The notes under the pieces: model-generated | The model's input: only the letters and a program-made list of their open reading frames with translations | Told to the model about the DNA's origin: nothing | Database searches by the model: none | DNA from: Desulfatiglandales bacterium | GTDB taxonomy: Bacteria; Desulfobacterota; DSM-4660; Desulfatiglandales; HGW-15 | DNA: 64,000 bases | NCBI GenBank assembly: GCA_963667015.2 | Contig: CAXXJJ010000004.1 | Span: 3,168,001-3,232,000 of the forward strand | Direction of reading: 5' to 3' | Translations under genes and position numbers: made by a program | Shown here: one piece after another, positions 20,579-31,818 of the stretch | Layout: the number at the start of each line of letters is the position of its first letter | Numbering within the stretch: the first letter of the stretch is position 1

Positions 20579-21996
20579 TTTTCTTTGTCTCTCTTTTTTT
20601 GATGACCGAAAAGGCCGGTGGACAGGCTGAAGGTAGCACCGGCAACAGGCTTTATGTGACTGATCCTGAAGATCAATTCACCATGCCCGATGGGCTCTAC
20701 ATCCCTGACTTCTCTGAATTTTCTTAAGAATGAATAAGCTGCTATAAACCTTATTATTCCGGAAATTAAAAAAACTATAAGCAGCATTGATACAGGATGC
20801 CAGATAAAAGGCCCTATTGTGATTGATTCCGGCAGGTGACCCGCAGTGACACCGCCCAGGACCGAGCCGGTAAGAACCGCAATTCCATTCATGAGTCCCT
20901 GATAGGCCACACGTCTTGCCCTTTTGGGGGGAGTTACTGCATCAAATAAAAAATTGGCAATGGCCAGATTGAAACCAGACCAGATGATCCCGCCATAAAT
21001 CTGGATGAGAATAAGATAATAAATATTCGTTGAACCAAGCCAGAGAACCGGGACTATCACCATACCCCATCCGCACAGATTAAGAATTTTCTTATTCCCG
21101 AACCTGTCGCTTATCCCGCCCCAGTATCTGAAAAATATAAATTGTGTAATATTGCTGGTCGCTATCACAAGAGTGAAGGACATATAATTATATTTCAGAT
21201 CCCGCAGCATATATAAAGAGAAATAGGGACTTGAAAAGGATACACCCAGATTGATCATGGCAACAAAAAATACAAATTTTGCAAAATTTGAATGGGGAGA
21301 TCTTTTAAGAAACTGGCGGAAAGTAAATACCTGATCCGATGTGACCTTTAGAGGAGGATCTTCATACGCTGAGAGCCATCGCACTGAATAAAGCCTTGCA
21401 ATACAGGCACATATAAAAATAATAAGATACCCTGTTTCCGGATGAAGCTGTTTCTCAAAAACGTGTAGAATCAGACCTGAAAGGGTAAGTGCAATAAAGG
21501 TATTCAGTCCTGTTAAAGTATTCCTTCGTCCAAAAAATCTCCCCCGCAGATTGGGGTGTATTAGATCACCAATAAGGCTGTTCCATGCAGGAACACCGGC
21601 CCCGTTTGAACCATGGTAAATAATTACAAATAATAGAAGAAGAATTATCGATTTACTTCTGTTAAGAGACAGGAAAGTAAGAAACGCGATAGGTAAAAAT
21701 GTTAATGCCTGTATCAACGCACCAGTTACCACTACCCTTCGCCGGCTTTTTATCCTGTCCAGGTTGATTGCGCCTGCCCACTGCATAACTGATCCCAAAA
21801 ACTGGGGAAGAGTCGATATAAGGCCTACCTGAATGGTCGAGGCTTTCAGAAAGATAGCGAACACATTTAAATATGTTTCTCCGCACCCCATCATTACCGC
21901 ATGGGACATCCCGTCTTTTATTGATGCCCTGATGGAAGGGGTATCTTTCAGACACTCTTCATCTTGTTTTATTTGAATATCAGCACCCAATTCCAC
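20572..21996 (-). CDS. MFS transporter
   Basis: About 12 hydrophobic segments, WG.ISDRFGNK, RGRFFG. Confidence 0.85.
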   Translation of the reverse strand: MELGADIQIKQDEECLKDTPSIRASIKDGMSHAVMMGCGETYLNVFAIFLKASTIQVGLISTLPQFLGSVMQWAGAINLDRIKSRRRVVVTGALIQALTFLPIAFLTFLSLNRSKSIILLLLFVIIYHGSNGAGVPAWNSLIGDLIHPNLRGRFFGRRNTLTGLNTFIALTLSGLILHVFEKQLHPETGYLIIFICACIARLYSVRWLSAYEDPPLKVTSDQVFTFRQFLKRSPHSNFAKFVFFVAMINLGVSFSSPYFSLYMLRDLKYNYMSFTLVIATSNITQFIFFRYWGGISDRFGNKKILNLCGWGMVIVPVLWLGSTNIYYLILIQIYGGIIWSGFNLAIANFLFDAVTPPKRARRVAYQGLMNGIAVLTGSVLGGVTAGHLPESITIGPFIWHPVSMLLIVFLISGIIRFIAAYSFLRKFREVRDVEPIGHGELIFRISHIKPVAGATFSLSTGLFGHQKKRDKENQ

Positions 21997-22127
21997 AAAA
22001 CCGGAGAATATTTAAATTATTATCAAAACCCTGGCTTGACCTGAAAAAATTCATCCTATAGTATGATGTTCCTTATATATTATCACACTAATTCAGGCAA
22101 AATAAAATGAATTGTTAGGGGCATAAA

Positions 22128-23060
22128 ATGGGAACAAATATCGATCGGAATGAAGAACTAAAGAAAAAAATAAGAGGGCTTTTAAAGGAAAATAATGCAA
22201 TCCTTCTTGCCCATAATTATCAGCGACCGGAAGTGCAGGATGTTGCAGACCTGTGCGGCGACTCTCTTGAGCTTTCCATAAAGGCATCAAAAACCGATGC
22301 GGGTGTGATCGTATTCTGCGGTGTGCATTTCATGGCCGAAACGGCATCTGTTTTATCCCCTGAAAAAACAGTCCTGCTGCCGGTCGCTACCGCAGGTTGT
22401 CCCATGGCAGACATGATTACGGCTGAACAACTGATAAAGGAGAAGAACCAATACCCTGACAGGATTGTGGTAAGTTATGTAAACACCACCGCAGATGTGA
22501 AGGCGGAAACCGATATCTGCTGTACATCGGCGAATGTTGTGAAGGTGGCTGAGAGCATTGATCCGGATAAAGAGATTTTTATGACACCGGACCGGAATCT
22601 TGCCCAGTATACAATAAAAATGACCAACAGAAAAATTACATACTGGGACGGTTACTGCCCTGTTCATAACGGACTAAATGCAAAACAGGTAAAAAAGGTT
22701 AAATCTGAAAATCCTGATGCCCTGTTCCTGGCACATCCAGAATGCCCGCCTGAAATTCTTGAACTTGCAGATGAGATAAAAAGCACGTCAGGCATGATAA
22801 AGTTTGCAGGGGAATCCCAGGCAAAGAAATTCATAATAGGTACCGAAACAGGGATTCTGTACCCCATTTCCAGGGCAAATCCTGACAAATTATTTATCCC
22901 GGCTAACCCGAATATGGTCTGCGCTGATATGAAAAAGACAGGACTGGAGGATATTATAACAGCCCTTGAAGAGATGAAAACCGTTGTAAAGGTGCCTGAG
23001 AATATCGCCATAAAGGCAAAAAAGGCGGTTGAAAGGATGCTGAAAGTCCCGGCAGGTTAG
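22128..23060 (+). CDS. nadA: Quinolinate synthase
   Basis: LAHNYQ, GDSL, FCGVHFMAE, AGCPMA, AHPEC. Confidence 0.97.
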   Translation: MGTNIDRNEELKKKIRGLLKENNAILLAHNYQRPEVQDVADLCGDSLELSIKASKTDAGVIVFCGVHFMAETASVLSPEKTVLLPVATAGCPMADMITAEQLIKEKNQYPDRIVVSYVNTTADVKAETDICCTSANVVKVAESIDPDKEIFMTPDRNLAQYTIKMTNRKITYWDGYCPVHNGLNAKQVKKVKSENPDALFLAHPECPPEILELADEIKSTSGMIKFAGESQAKKFIIGTETGILYPISRANPDKLFIPANPNMVCADMKKTGLEDIITALEEMKTVVKVPENIAIKAKKAVERMLKVPAG

Positions 23061-24313
23061 ATCATATATTCCATTACCTCCGCCGGCGGGCGACGCTGGC
23101 GGAGCAGACGGGCCATGGTTTTCATGGGCCGGTCAATATGATTAAAAAATATTTTATATGCCTCGCACAGATAATTCAGCCCGGGTTCTCCATCAGGTGT
23201 ATTTATAAAGCGGTTTTTAGGACAGCCTCCATAGCATGCAAATTTAACATTACATTTGAGACAATATTCAGGAAGTGTCTTGCTCTTTGCTTCACCAAAC
23301 TCCCTCTGTTTTTCTGACAGCGCCAGTTCTGCCATATCTTTTTTATGGATATTCCCGAGCAGATAATCAGATTCCACAAAATGATCGCAGCTGAACAGGT
23401 CGCCATTATGTTCCAGGGCCATTGCATTGCCGCAGGTCGGTGAAAAAATACAGAGCCCTCCAGGCTGACCGAACCATGCCCCTAAGGCAACATCAAATAT
23501 CTGAACATAGGTCTTTCCGACATCATGCCGTACCCAGTCATCAAAGATTGTGATGAGAAAACTCCCATATTCGAATGCGGATAAAGATCGTTCGGTAACA
23601 TTGTTCCCGGACTGTGTGTATAAAATCCTTTTTTTATTGTTGGAACCCTTCCACCCGGAATTGGCTATGGGGAGCAACTCGGATGTTGCACGTTCAACAA
23701 TTGGTATAAACTGTATATACCGGGCATTTAATTGATCTCTGAAAAACCGGTACACATCCAGTGGTTTATCCTGGTTGGCCGCGTTAACAGAGCAAAGGAT
23801 ATTGTACTGCACGCCGGCATCCTCTAAGAGCTGCCATCCCTTCATAACCTGAGCAAAACTTCCCTTTCCTGCCCTGTTTACCCTGTAGACATCATGAAGC
23901 TCTTCCGGACCATCTATACTTAGCCCAATCAAGAAGCCGTATTTTTTAAACAGCCTGCACCACTCTTCATTCAGTAATGTCCCATTTGTTTGAAGGGTAT
24001 TTAATATACGTGTACCAGGCCTTGCGTATTTCTGCTGGAAATGTATCGCCTGTTTAAAAAAATCCAGGCCCATCAGGGTGGGTTCGCCTCCCTGCCATGA
24101 GAAGGTGATCTCCGGATAGTGCTGGGATTCAATATACTGCTTTATATATATCTCCAGCAGTTTCTCATCCATACGAAATTTACTGCCGGGGTACATCCTT
24201 TCCTTGGACAGGAAATAACAGTATTCACAGTCAAGGTTGCATCTTGATCCGCCCGGCTTGGCCATTATGTGGAAAGGTTGAGATGGCGTGTTCACTATTT
24301 TTTCTTTTTTCAT
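23057..24313 (-). CDS. Anaerobic sulfatase-maturating radical SAM/SPASM enzyme
   Basis: CNLDCEYC, WQGGEP, SIDGP, SPASM cysteines (SCDH, C..C......GGCPK, YLC); directly downstream of the sulfatase. Confidence 0.93.
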   Translation of the reverse strand: MKKEKIVNTPSQPFHIMAKPGGSRCNLDCEYCYFLSKERMYPGSKFRMDEKLLEIYIKQYIESQHYPEITFSWQGGEPTLMGLDFFKQAIHFQQKYARPGTRILNTLQTNGTLLNEEWCRLFKKYGFLIGLSIDGPEELHDVYRVNRAGKGSFAQVMKGWQLLEDAGVQYNILCSVNAANQDKPLDVYRFFRDQLNARYIQFIPIVERATSELLPIANSGWKGSNNKKRILYTQSGNNVTERSLSAFEYGSFLITIFDDWVRHDVGKTYVQIFDVALGAWFGQPGGLCIFSPTCGNAMALEHNGDLFSCDHFVESDYLLGNIHKKDMAELALSEKQREFGEAKSKTLPEYCLKCNVKFACYGGCPKNRFINTPDGEPGLNYLCEAYKIFFNHIDRPMKTMARLLRQRRPPAEVMEYMI

Positions 24314-24323
24314 TTCACAGAAT

Positions 24324-26594
24324 TTATTCCAGTCTGGCCTCTTTTTCAAGTTCAAGGGTTTTATCCATATCATTAAGCGGCTGAGTTATAAGCTTTACCC
24401 TGTCGATCCTGTTTGTATACTCATAATGAAGCTTTTCTCTCATATCACCCGTGATTGAAACATATGGGAATTTTCCGACACGTACAGTTGCGGAGTTGAT
24501 GCCATGTTCCCCAAAAACAAATTCACCGCATGGCCTTTTGTTGATCATGATCCGCCCCTTTGACGGTTCAGACTTTCCAGCGACGTACTCAAAGGCAAGT
24601 TCAATATCCCCTTCAGGCAGTTCAATGTCGGATTGGGTGCCAGTATGTTCAAAGCCCAGCCAGTTATTATGGACCTTAAGTCGATTGTCCTGAATATACA
24701 GGGCAAAGCCGCCCTGGTTGTCCCCGCCAGACACAAGCACACCCTCATCCCCCTTTTTATAGCCTGCATGCACCTCAAGCTTAAAGGGTTTGAATGGCAG
24801 GCGGACACCCGTTCCACCGGCGTACTCCGGAAAGATAACCCTCTCCGGTCTTGGCTTTTCCGGGGGAAATTTCAGTATGGCCTTGGAATGGAACCCTTCC
24901 TGCTTTTTCATATGGCTTTCCAGCATTGGAAGTACTTTGTATTTCTCTGCCTCACGCCACCAGAGATCAACCATCTCCCTGAGTTTTTCTGGATTTTTTT
25001 CAGCCAGGTTATCGGCCTCGCAAAAATCACTGTCCGTATGATAGAGCTCCCATTCATCAAGAGAAAAATCAAAGGTCGGATTTGCCACATGATCACATAC
25101 GGCCTTCCAGCCGTCAGCCCATATGCCCCGGTTTCCAAGCATCTCATAGTACTGGACATGCCTCCGGCCTTTTTCATCCGGATTATCAAATGTGTAGGAC
25201 ATGCTGACACCATGCTTGGGTTCCTGCGGAACGCCTTTAATCCTTTCGGGTTCTTCCATACCGCACATATCAAGCACTGTCTTATATATGTCGACCACAT
25301 GGTGATACTGAGATCTTATGCTGCCTTTATCCTTTATGCGATCGGGATAGGATATAATGAGCGGCACCTTGACACCGCCATTATGAGCCCATGTCTTATA
25401 TAGTTTGAGAGGTGTATTGCTCGCGTGTGCCCATCCGATGGGATAATGGGAACAGGCATATTCGGAGCCGATATCCTCAAGTTCATCCTCGGTAACCGGA
25501 CCGGGGAACTGCTCTGTCAAAAAATGATAATATGTATTTTTAAGCCCGTTGGGAGTGCCTTCTGCCGAGGCACCATTATCGGCCATAAGAACGATCATTG
25601 TATTGTCATACTGGCCGATCCTTTTAAGGTATTCCACTACCCGGCCTACCTGGTCATCAGTATGGGTCATAAACCCTGCGTAGACCTCCATGTATCTTGC
25701 AAGAACCTTTTTTACATTTTCCGGATAACTGTCCCAGTATTCTATAAACCTGTCCTTATCTGTCAGGACTGCATGGTCCGGAATCAGTCCAAGTTTTTTC
25801 TGCTTTTCAAAGACCTTCTCTCTGTACCTGTCCCATCCTTCGTCAAAGGCACCTTTATACCTGTCAATGTATTCCTTTGGTGCGTGATGTGGTGAATGCA
25901 TGGCCCCGAATGACAGGTAGCAGAAAAAGGGTTTATCAGGATCATTGGATTTCAGATCTCCAATATATCTGATCGCCCTGTCTGTAATATCCTCACTGAA
26001 ATGATATCCCTCATCAGGTGTTTTCGGCTGTTCGACAAACTCATTGCCGCACACGAGATCAGGGTAGAACTGGCTCGTACAGGCACTGAGAAAACCATAA
26101 AATTTGTTGAACCCGCGGCCCATGGGCCAGTGATCATATGGTCCTGCACCGGTGGCGTCACTGTCATTGATCAGGTGCCATTTACCAAGCATGAAGGTGT
26201 TGTATCCGCTTTCGACAAGGGTTTCACTGATGAAACCATACCTTGGATCTACACGGCCCCGATAACTTGGAAAGCCAAGATCATAATTTGCAAGATACCC
26301 CATGCCGGCAGTATGATGATTGCAGCCGCTCATAAGACTTGCCCGGGTCGGAGAACACATGGCATTTACATGAAAATCACGGTAACGCAGGCCGTCTTCT
26401 GCCAGCCTGTCGATATTGGGGGTATGGATCAGAGATCCGTAGCACCCGATATCCGAATAGCCGGTGTCATCAAGCAGGATGTAGAGAATATTTGGTGAGT
26501 TTTCCGGGGCCTTTTTCTTTTCCGGCCACCAGGGAGTGGAGTCAACATAGTGAGTCTGTATCGCGCCTTTAAAATTCCTGTCAGATTCGATCAT
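24324..26594 (-). CDS. Cys-type arylsulfatase
   Basis: PNILYILLDD, CSPTRASLMSG, GKWHL, DNG, WELY; ATG 26594 preferred. Confidence 0.93.
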   Translation of the reverse strand: MIESDRNFKGAIQTHYVDSTPWWPEKKKAPENSPNILYILLDDTGYSDIGCYGSLIHTPNIDRLAEDGLRYRDFHVNAMCSPTRASLMSGCNHHTAGMGYLANYDLGFPSYRGRVDPRYGFISETLVESGYNTFMLGKWHLINDSDATGAGPYDHWPMGRGFNKFYGFLSACTSQFYPDLVCGNEFVEQPKTPDEGYHFSEDITDRAIRYIGDLKSNDPDKPFFCYLSFGAMHSPHHAPKEYIDRYKGAFDEGWDRYREKVFEKQKKLGLIPDHAVLTDKDRFIEYWDSYPENVKKVLARYMEVYAGFMTHTDDQVGRVVEYLKRIGQYDNTMIVLMADNGASAEGTPNGLKNTYYHFLTEQFPGPVTEDELEDIGSEYACSHYPIGWAHASNTPLKLYKTWAHNGGVKVPLIISYPDRIKDKGSIRSQYHHVVDIYKTVLDMCGMEEPERIKGVPQEPKHGVSMSYTFDNPDEKGRRHVQYYEMLGNRGIWADGWKAVCDHVANPTFDFSLDEWELYHTDSDFCEADNLAEKNPEKLREMVDLWWREAEKYKVLPMLESHMKKQEGFHSKAILKFPPEKPRPERVIFPEYAGGTGVRLPFKPFKLEVHAGYKKGDEGVLVSGGDNQGGFALYIQDNRLKVHNNWLGFEHTGTQSDIELPEGDIELAFEYVAGKSEPSKGRIMINKRPCGEFVFGEHGINSATVRVGKFPYVSITGDMREKLHYEYTNRIDRVKLITQPLNDMDKTLELEKEARLE

Positions 26595-26725
26595 AGATTT
26601 CCCCTTTGTTTTCGGGGCCTCCTCCCCCAAGGGACACCCAAAAAAATTATTTATCAAAAAATGACTGACTATACAAACTAAAATAGTGCCCATCCATAAA
26701 CTGTATTTGAGGCACTAATTGGAAA

Positions 26726-29700
26726 CTAGATAAAATCAAATTCCGCTATTACACCCTTTGCCTCCGAAAGTGCGTTGAAATGATCCGTCCTTTTGATCCT
26801 TGCCTTGAGCCTTGAATCGGACATCAGGCTGAACCTGGGCCTTTTTTTCTCAACAAACTTTACAACATTTCGAGGATCAATATCAGCCCCTGAAAAAAAT
26901 GTGAACATAAGGGCATCTTCCTTTACATCAAGGCGGATTATTCTCTTCTTTTTCATCATGAGCCTTACTTCCATGACCTTAATCAGGTTTGATACAGCCA
27001 CCGGCGGAGAGCCGAACCTGTCCCTGATTTCATCAATCATCCTGTTCAGGTCATCATCCTCCTTAAGGCTTGAAAGTCTCCTGTAGATGTTAAGCCTTAC
27101 ATCAATATCAGATACATACTCCTCGGGAAGATAGGCTGATAGATCCACATTGATTTCGGGATTGATATCTGCCTGATGCTCCTCGCCCTTGAGCTCGGCT
27201 ATGGCCTCTTCGGTGAGCTTCAGGTACAGCTCATACCCTATGGAGGCAATATGGCCGGACTGGCTGAAGCCCAGTATATTTCCGCCGCCGCGTATCTTGA
27301 GGTCATGCATTGCAAGGTGGATACCCGCACCAAGCTCTGAAAAATCCATAAGGGCCTTGAGCCTCTTTTCCGCCTCCCTTGTCATGTTGGCATTTTTGGA
27401 CAGGAGCAGATAGGCATATGCGTTTTCAGAAGACCTGCCCACGCGACCCCGCAGCTGATAAATCTGAGAGAGCCCGAAACGCTCCACCTGGTTGATTATT
27501 ATTGTGTTGGCTGAAGGGATATCCAGGCCGGATTCAATAATGGTAGTGCAGACAAGCACATCTATCTCTTTTTTCAAAAAGCGCATCATGGTCTTTTCAA
27601 GATCCGGCCCCTTCATCTGTCCGTGCCCTATGTCAATTTTTGCACCTGGTACAATCTTTTTTATTTTGGCTGCAATATTTTCAATAGACTGGACCCGGTT
27701 GTGCACAAAAAATACCTGGCCTCCCCTCTCTATCTCGTTTTCTATTGCATGCTTTATTGTTGCCTCGTCATAGTGAGACAGATTAGTCTGGATTGCCAGC
27801 CTGTCTTCCGGGGGTGTCTCTATTATGCTCAGATCCCTCACACCCATAAGAGAAAGGTGAAGGGTCCTAGGGATTGGAGTAGCGGTGAGAGCAAGCACAT
27901 CAACAATGGCCCTGAACTCCTTGAGCCGCTCCTTTTGTTTGACGCCGAACCTCTGCTCTTCATCTATTATAAGAATGCCTAGATCCTTGAATCCCATATC
28001 CTTTGATAGTATCCGGTGGGTACCGATAAGGATATTGACCTGACCGGATCGGACTCTGGCCACGGTCTCGTTCTGCTCCTTTTTGCTCTTGAACCGGCTT
28101 AAGACATCCACCTCTATATTAAATGGCTTCATCCTCGCCTTAAACGTCTCATAATGCTGCTCGGCCAGGACCGTGGTAGGCACAAGCAATGCTGCCTGCT
28201 TGCCGTCTGATACCGCCTTGAATGCAGCCCTCACAGCCACTTCGGTCTTTCCGAAACCAACATCACCGCATATCAGCCTGTCCATGGGCCTTTCGGATTC
28301 CATGTCCGAGAGCACATCATCTATTGCCTTTAACTGATCTGAGGTTTCTTCATATTCAAATGTTGCCTCAAACTCCCTGAAATAGTTATCAGGTCTTGAA
28401 AAGGAAAATCCCTCCCTGTACTTTCTGATTGCATATATCTCAACAAGCTGCCGGGCGATCTCCATTATGGCCTTTTTGGCCTTCTGCTTGATCACCTTCC
28501 AGGCCTTGCCTCCTAGCTGATCAAGCCTTGGATTCTTGTCATCAGCCCCAACATATTTCTGCATTATACTGATGCGATCAGCAGGTATATAGAGCCGGTC
28601 ATTACCGGCATATTCGATGAGCACAAAATCATTAATCTTGTTCTGTATCTCCATCCTGATAAGACCGCCATACATGCCGATACCATGATCCTCGTGCACA
28701 ACCAGGTCACCCACTGCAAGCTGGCTGAAGGATGTCCAGTCAATGCCGGTATCCTCGGTCTTTTTCTTTGCCCTTGATCGCTTTGGTCCGAAGATCTCAT
28801 CTTCGCTAATCACATAAAGGCCGATATCCTCCCAGGCAAATCCCCTTGATAACCTGCCGAGACAGATATGAACTTTCTTTCTAAGCGAAGCAGCATAAAA
28901 ACTATCTACTGTTTCATCAACCGGGACCTCGTAATTGTTAAGGATCTCCTCAAGTCTTGCTGCCTGCTGTTCGGTCCTGCATACAAGAACAGTTCTCGCT
29001 CCCTGGTTTATCCATGATGATATTTTGTCCGCAAGCGGGGCCATTGAAACACGGCCCTTCCCTGCAAGTCTCAGATCAAAGTCAAAATCAACATCCCCTG
29101 CTCCCCTGACCTCTATGGATACAGACTCCTGCCCGGGCGCAGCTATGGCAAGATTATTAAACCTGATCTGCTGGTACTTGTTCAGGTCCGATTCCATCTC
29201 TTCATCGGTTAACTGCACCCCTTCTGTATCAGGAAAGATTGCCCCCCTGTTTTCCGCCTCCTCCCTGTACCTTTCCAGATCCTTCTCAAATTTATAGTGA
29301 AATTTTTCTACCTCGGGTTCAATCCTGTCACTGTCCATAAGAAGAACAATGCCGGATGAAGGGAAATAGTTAAAAAGGCTGTCCAGCACTGGATAGAAAT
29401 GATTCAGCCATGCCTCCTGGCCGGGGAAGCTGCTGCCCTCTACAGACTGCTCGGGCAGCCTTCCCATGGACCTTGCCCTCTTCATGGCATCATCATCCAT
29501 GATAATTTCACTGGAGGGTAAAAGGATCATATCCTTAAGATGATCTGTAGACCTCTGGGAAAGGGGTGTGAAGTGACGGATGGATTCAAGCCTGTCACCC
29601 CAGAATTCAAGGCGGACAGGTAAATCATACAGGGGAGGAAAGATGTCTATAACGCCGCCCCGCACGGAATAGTCCCCTGGTTCCTCCACAAGGGATGTCC

Positions 29701-30199
29701 TCAGATATCCTCCGGCTTCAAGTTTTTTTATGAGATCTTCCCGTGAAAAATCCTCTCCTGCCTCAAGGTATTCAAGTGCCCTGACCAGTGCATTCTTTGG
29801 CACAACCTTAAGAAGCAGTGCCTCCAGCGAGGTAACGACCACAGGGTTTTTGCAGGATGTAAGTGCATAAAGGGCCTGAAGTCTGCGATTGACAATATTC
29901 CTGTGGGGGCTAAGTCCTGTGAGGGGTGAGATGTCATATGCGGGAAAATCAAAAAGTTTTTTTTCGGACTGGCCTCCTGATACAAATTTATCTGGAAGGA
30001 AAAACTCCAGTTCCTTCATAAATCTTACAGCATCCTTTGCCTTTGGCAGTATAATCAGAATTGGTTTTTCCTGTTCAAGAAGCAATCCTGCGACAAAATA
30101 CGATCTCGCTGCATTGTCAATTCCGGCTATGGAGATTTTCTTGTCTCCACGGGATATTAATTTACCCAGGTCGGTTATATATTGGTTGTTTGTAATCAT
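26726..30199 (-). CDS. mfd: Transcription-repair coupling factor
   Basis: RGGVIDIF, GDLVVH..HG, CGDVGFGKTEVA, DEEQRFG, QLRGRVGRS, TRCF C-terminus. Confidence 0.98.
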   Translation of the reverse strand: MITNNQYITDLGKLISRGDKKISIAGIDNAARSYFVAGLLLEQEKPILIILPKAKDAVRFMKELEFFLPDKFVSGGQSEKKLFDFPAYDISPLTGLSPHRNIVNRRLQALYALTSCKNPVVVTSLEALLLKVVPKNALVRALEYLEAGEDFSREDLIKKLEAGGYLRTSLVEEPGDYSVRGGVIDIFPPLYDLPVRLEFWGDRLESIRHFTPLSQRSTDHLKDMILLPSSEIIMDDDAMKRARSMGRLPEQSVEGSSFPGQEAWLNHFYPVLDSLFNYFPSSGIVLLMDSDRIEPEVEKFHYKFEKDLERYREEAENRGAIFPDTEGVQLTDEEMESDLNKYQQIRFNNLAIAAPGQESVSIEVRGAGDVDFDFDLRLAGKGRVSMAPLADKISSWINQGARTVLVCRTEQQAARLEEILNNYEVPVDETVDSFYAASLRKKVHICLGRLSRGFAWEDIGLYVISEDEIFGPKRSRAKKKTEDTGIDWTSFSQLAVGDLVVHEDHGIGMYGGLIRMEIQNKINDFVLIEYAGNDRLYIPADRISIMQKYVGADDKNPRLDQLGGKAWKVIKQKAKKAIMEIARQLVEIYAIRKYREGFSFSRPDNYFREFEATFEYEETSDQLKAIDDVLSDMESERPMDRLICGDVGFGKTEVAVRAAFKAVSDGKQAALLVPTTVLAEQHYETFKARMKPFNIEVDVLSRFKSKKEQNETVARVRSGQVNILIGTHRILSKDMGFKDLGILIIDEEQRFGVKQKERLKEFRAIVDVLALTATPIPRTLHLSLMGVRDLSIIETPPEDRLAIQTNLSHYDEATIKHAIENEIERGGQVFFVHNRVQSIENIAAKIKKIVPGAKIDIGHGQMKGPDLEKTMMRFLKKEIDVLVCTTIIESGLDIPSANTIIINQVERFGLSQIYQLRGRVGRSSENAYAYLLLSKNANMTREAEKRLKALMDFSELGAGIHLAMHDLKIRGGGNILGFSQSGHIASIGYELYLKLTEEAIAELKGEEHQADINPEINVDLSAYLPEEYVSDIDVRLNIYRRLSSLKEDDDLNRMIDEIRDRFGSPPVAVSNLIKVMEVRLMMKKKRIIRLDVKEDALMFTFFSGADIDPRNVVKFVEKKRPRFSLMSDSRLKARIKRTDHFNALSEAKGVIAEFDFI

Positions 30200-31596
30200 A
30201 GATCGAGAAAAATCTTCCCCGGGTTTAATATTTCATTCGGGTCAAATAATTTTTTAATTTTTTTCATCAATATCAGGGCATTACCATGTTCCTGGGCCAT
30301 AAACCCTCGTTTTCCTATGCCCACTCCATGCTCGCCGGTGGCGGTACCGCCCAGGCTTATGGCCTTTGATACTATTTTTTCGTTTACTTTCTGGATACTC
30401 TGCCACTCCTCTTCATTGTTTTTCCTTCCTGCAAATTTTACATGGAGGTTGCCGTCTCCCGCGTGGCTGAATATATAGGCTTTGAGATTATTTTTTTCAA
30501 CCTCTTCCCGTGCCAATTCGATAATTTCAGGATATGCGGATATGGGAACAGCCGAATCTCCTGAAAGGAAGTCGCAATCGGGATGGTTCCTTGTTATCAT
30601 CTCACTTAGTTCATGCCTTGCACTGAAAAAACTGTCCCTCTCTTCCCTGCCTATACCAGTTAAAAAATTATTACATCCCTGCGCCATACAGAGTTCTTCT
30701 GTTGTCTCCAGGATATCGGCCAGATAACCCTTTGAAGGGCCATGATAATCTATAAAGAGTGTAGGTTCCGCCCTGAGACTCATACCCCGGTTAAGATTAA
30801 TAAGTTTAATGCACCCTGGGTCGAGCAGTTCAAGTGCGGCCGGATCGAGCCCTGATCTTACTATGTCAAACACTGCCTTTCCTGCGGCGCTTACAGATGG
30901 AAATGTCGCAATTACAGCGGAAAACTCGGCAGGAAGACCGGTTAATTTGAGGGTTGCGCGGGTGATGATTCCAAGTGTACCTTCAGAGCCTGTGATAAGG
31001 TTTATAAGATCATAGCCCGATGATGTCTTTGATGCCCTCGTACCGGTCCTTATTATTTCACCGTTTGCAAGGACAACCGACAGTCTGAGGATATTATCCC
31101 TGGTTGATCCATATTTAACTGTCCGCGTACCGCTGGAATTATTTGCAATCATACCCCCGATTGTTGCATCAGCCCCCGGATCAGGCGGGAAAAAAAGGCC
31201 CTTGTGCCTGAGCTTTTTATTGAGATTCTTATATATTACCCCAGGTTCAACGTCGGCCTGAAAATCCTCTTCCCTAACATCAATAATTCTGTTCATCATG
31301 GAAAAATCAAGAACAATCCCGCCCTGAACAGGTATTGGATTCCCCTCCAGGCTGCTTCCTGCTCCCCATCCTGTTACAGGAATTATATGTTCATTGGCAT
31401 ACTGTAAGATCCTGACTACCTCTGCCTCTTCTAAAGGCCATAGAACCGCCTCCGGAAGGACAGGTAAATGCCTGGACTGATCCCTTGAATGGAGGTTCAG
31501 GACAGATTCTCCGGTTGAAAACCTGTCCGGACCCGTATATCCCCTTAGAATTTCAATGTCTTTTTTGTTCAGGCATTTATATTTCAAAATCGTCAC
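30196..31596 (-). CDS. FAD-linked oxidase of the GlcD/D-lactate dehydrogenase family
   Basis: GAGSSLEG, PPDPG, TIGGM, GSEGTLG, HAGDGNLH, GEHGVG, ILNPGK; ATGA overlap with mfd. Confidence 0.9.
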   Translation of the reverse strand: MTILKYKCLNKKDIEILRGYTGPDRFSTGESVLNLHSRDQSRHLPVLPEAVLWPLEEAEVVRILQYANEHIIPVTGWGAGSSLEGNPIPVQGGIVLDFSMMNRIIDVREEDFQADVEPGVIYKNLNKKLRHKGLFFPPDPGADATIGGMIANNSSGTRTVKYGSTRDNILRLSVVLANGEIIRTGTRASKTSSGYDLINLITGSEGTLGIITRATLKLTGLPAEFSAVIATFPSVSAAGKAVFDIVRSGLDPAALELLDPGCIKLINLNRGMSLRAEPTLFIDYHGPSKGYLADILETTEELCMAQGCNNFLTGIGREERDSFFSARHELSEMITRNHPDCDFLSGDSAVPISAYPEIIELAREEVEKNNLKAYIFSHAGDGNLHVKFAGRKNNEEEWQSIQKVNEKIVSKAISLGGTATGEHGVGIGKRGFMAQEHGNALILMKKIKKLFDPNEILNPGKIFLDL

Positions 31597-31818
31597 CTTT
31601 AAGGTTGTTATTTAATGTGTATTATAGAAAGCATAAATAAAGAGTAAAGACAGAAATGTTTTCAGGTGATTTTTCAGGCAGTTAGCTTAAAACCGGTTTA
31701 AATATAAATTAAAACAGGGCTATCAGAGATAACCCGGTTTTAATAACAATATAAAAATTTTAACCAGATAACAGCAATGCCGGGGGCTAAATTGTTATTT
31801 CTATCAGGGAAGGTAATG

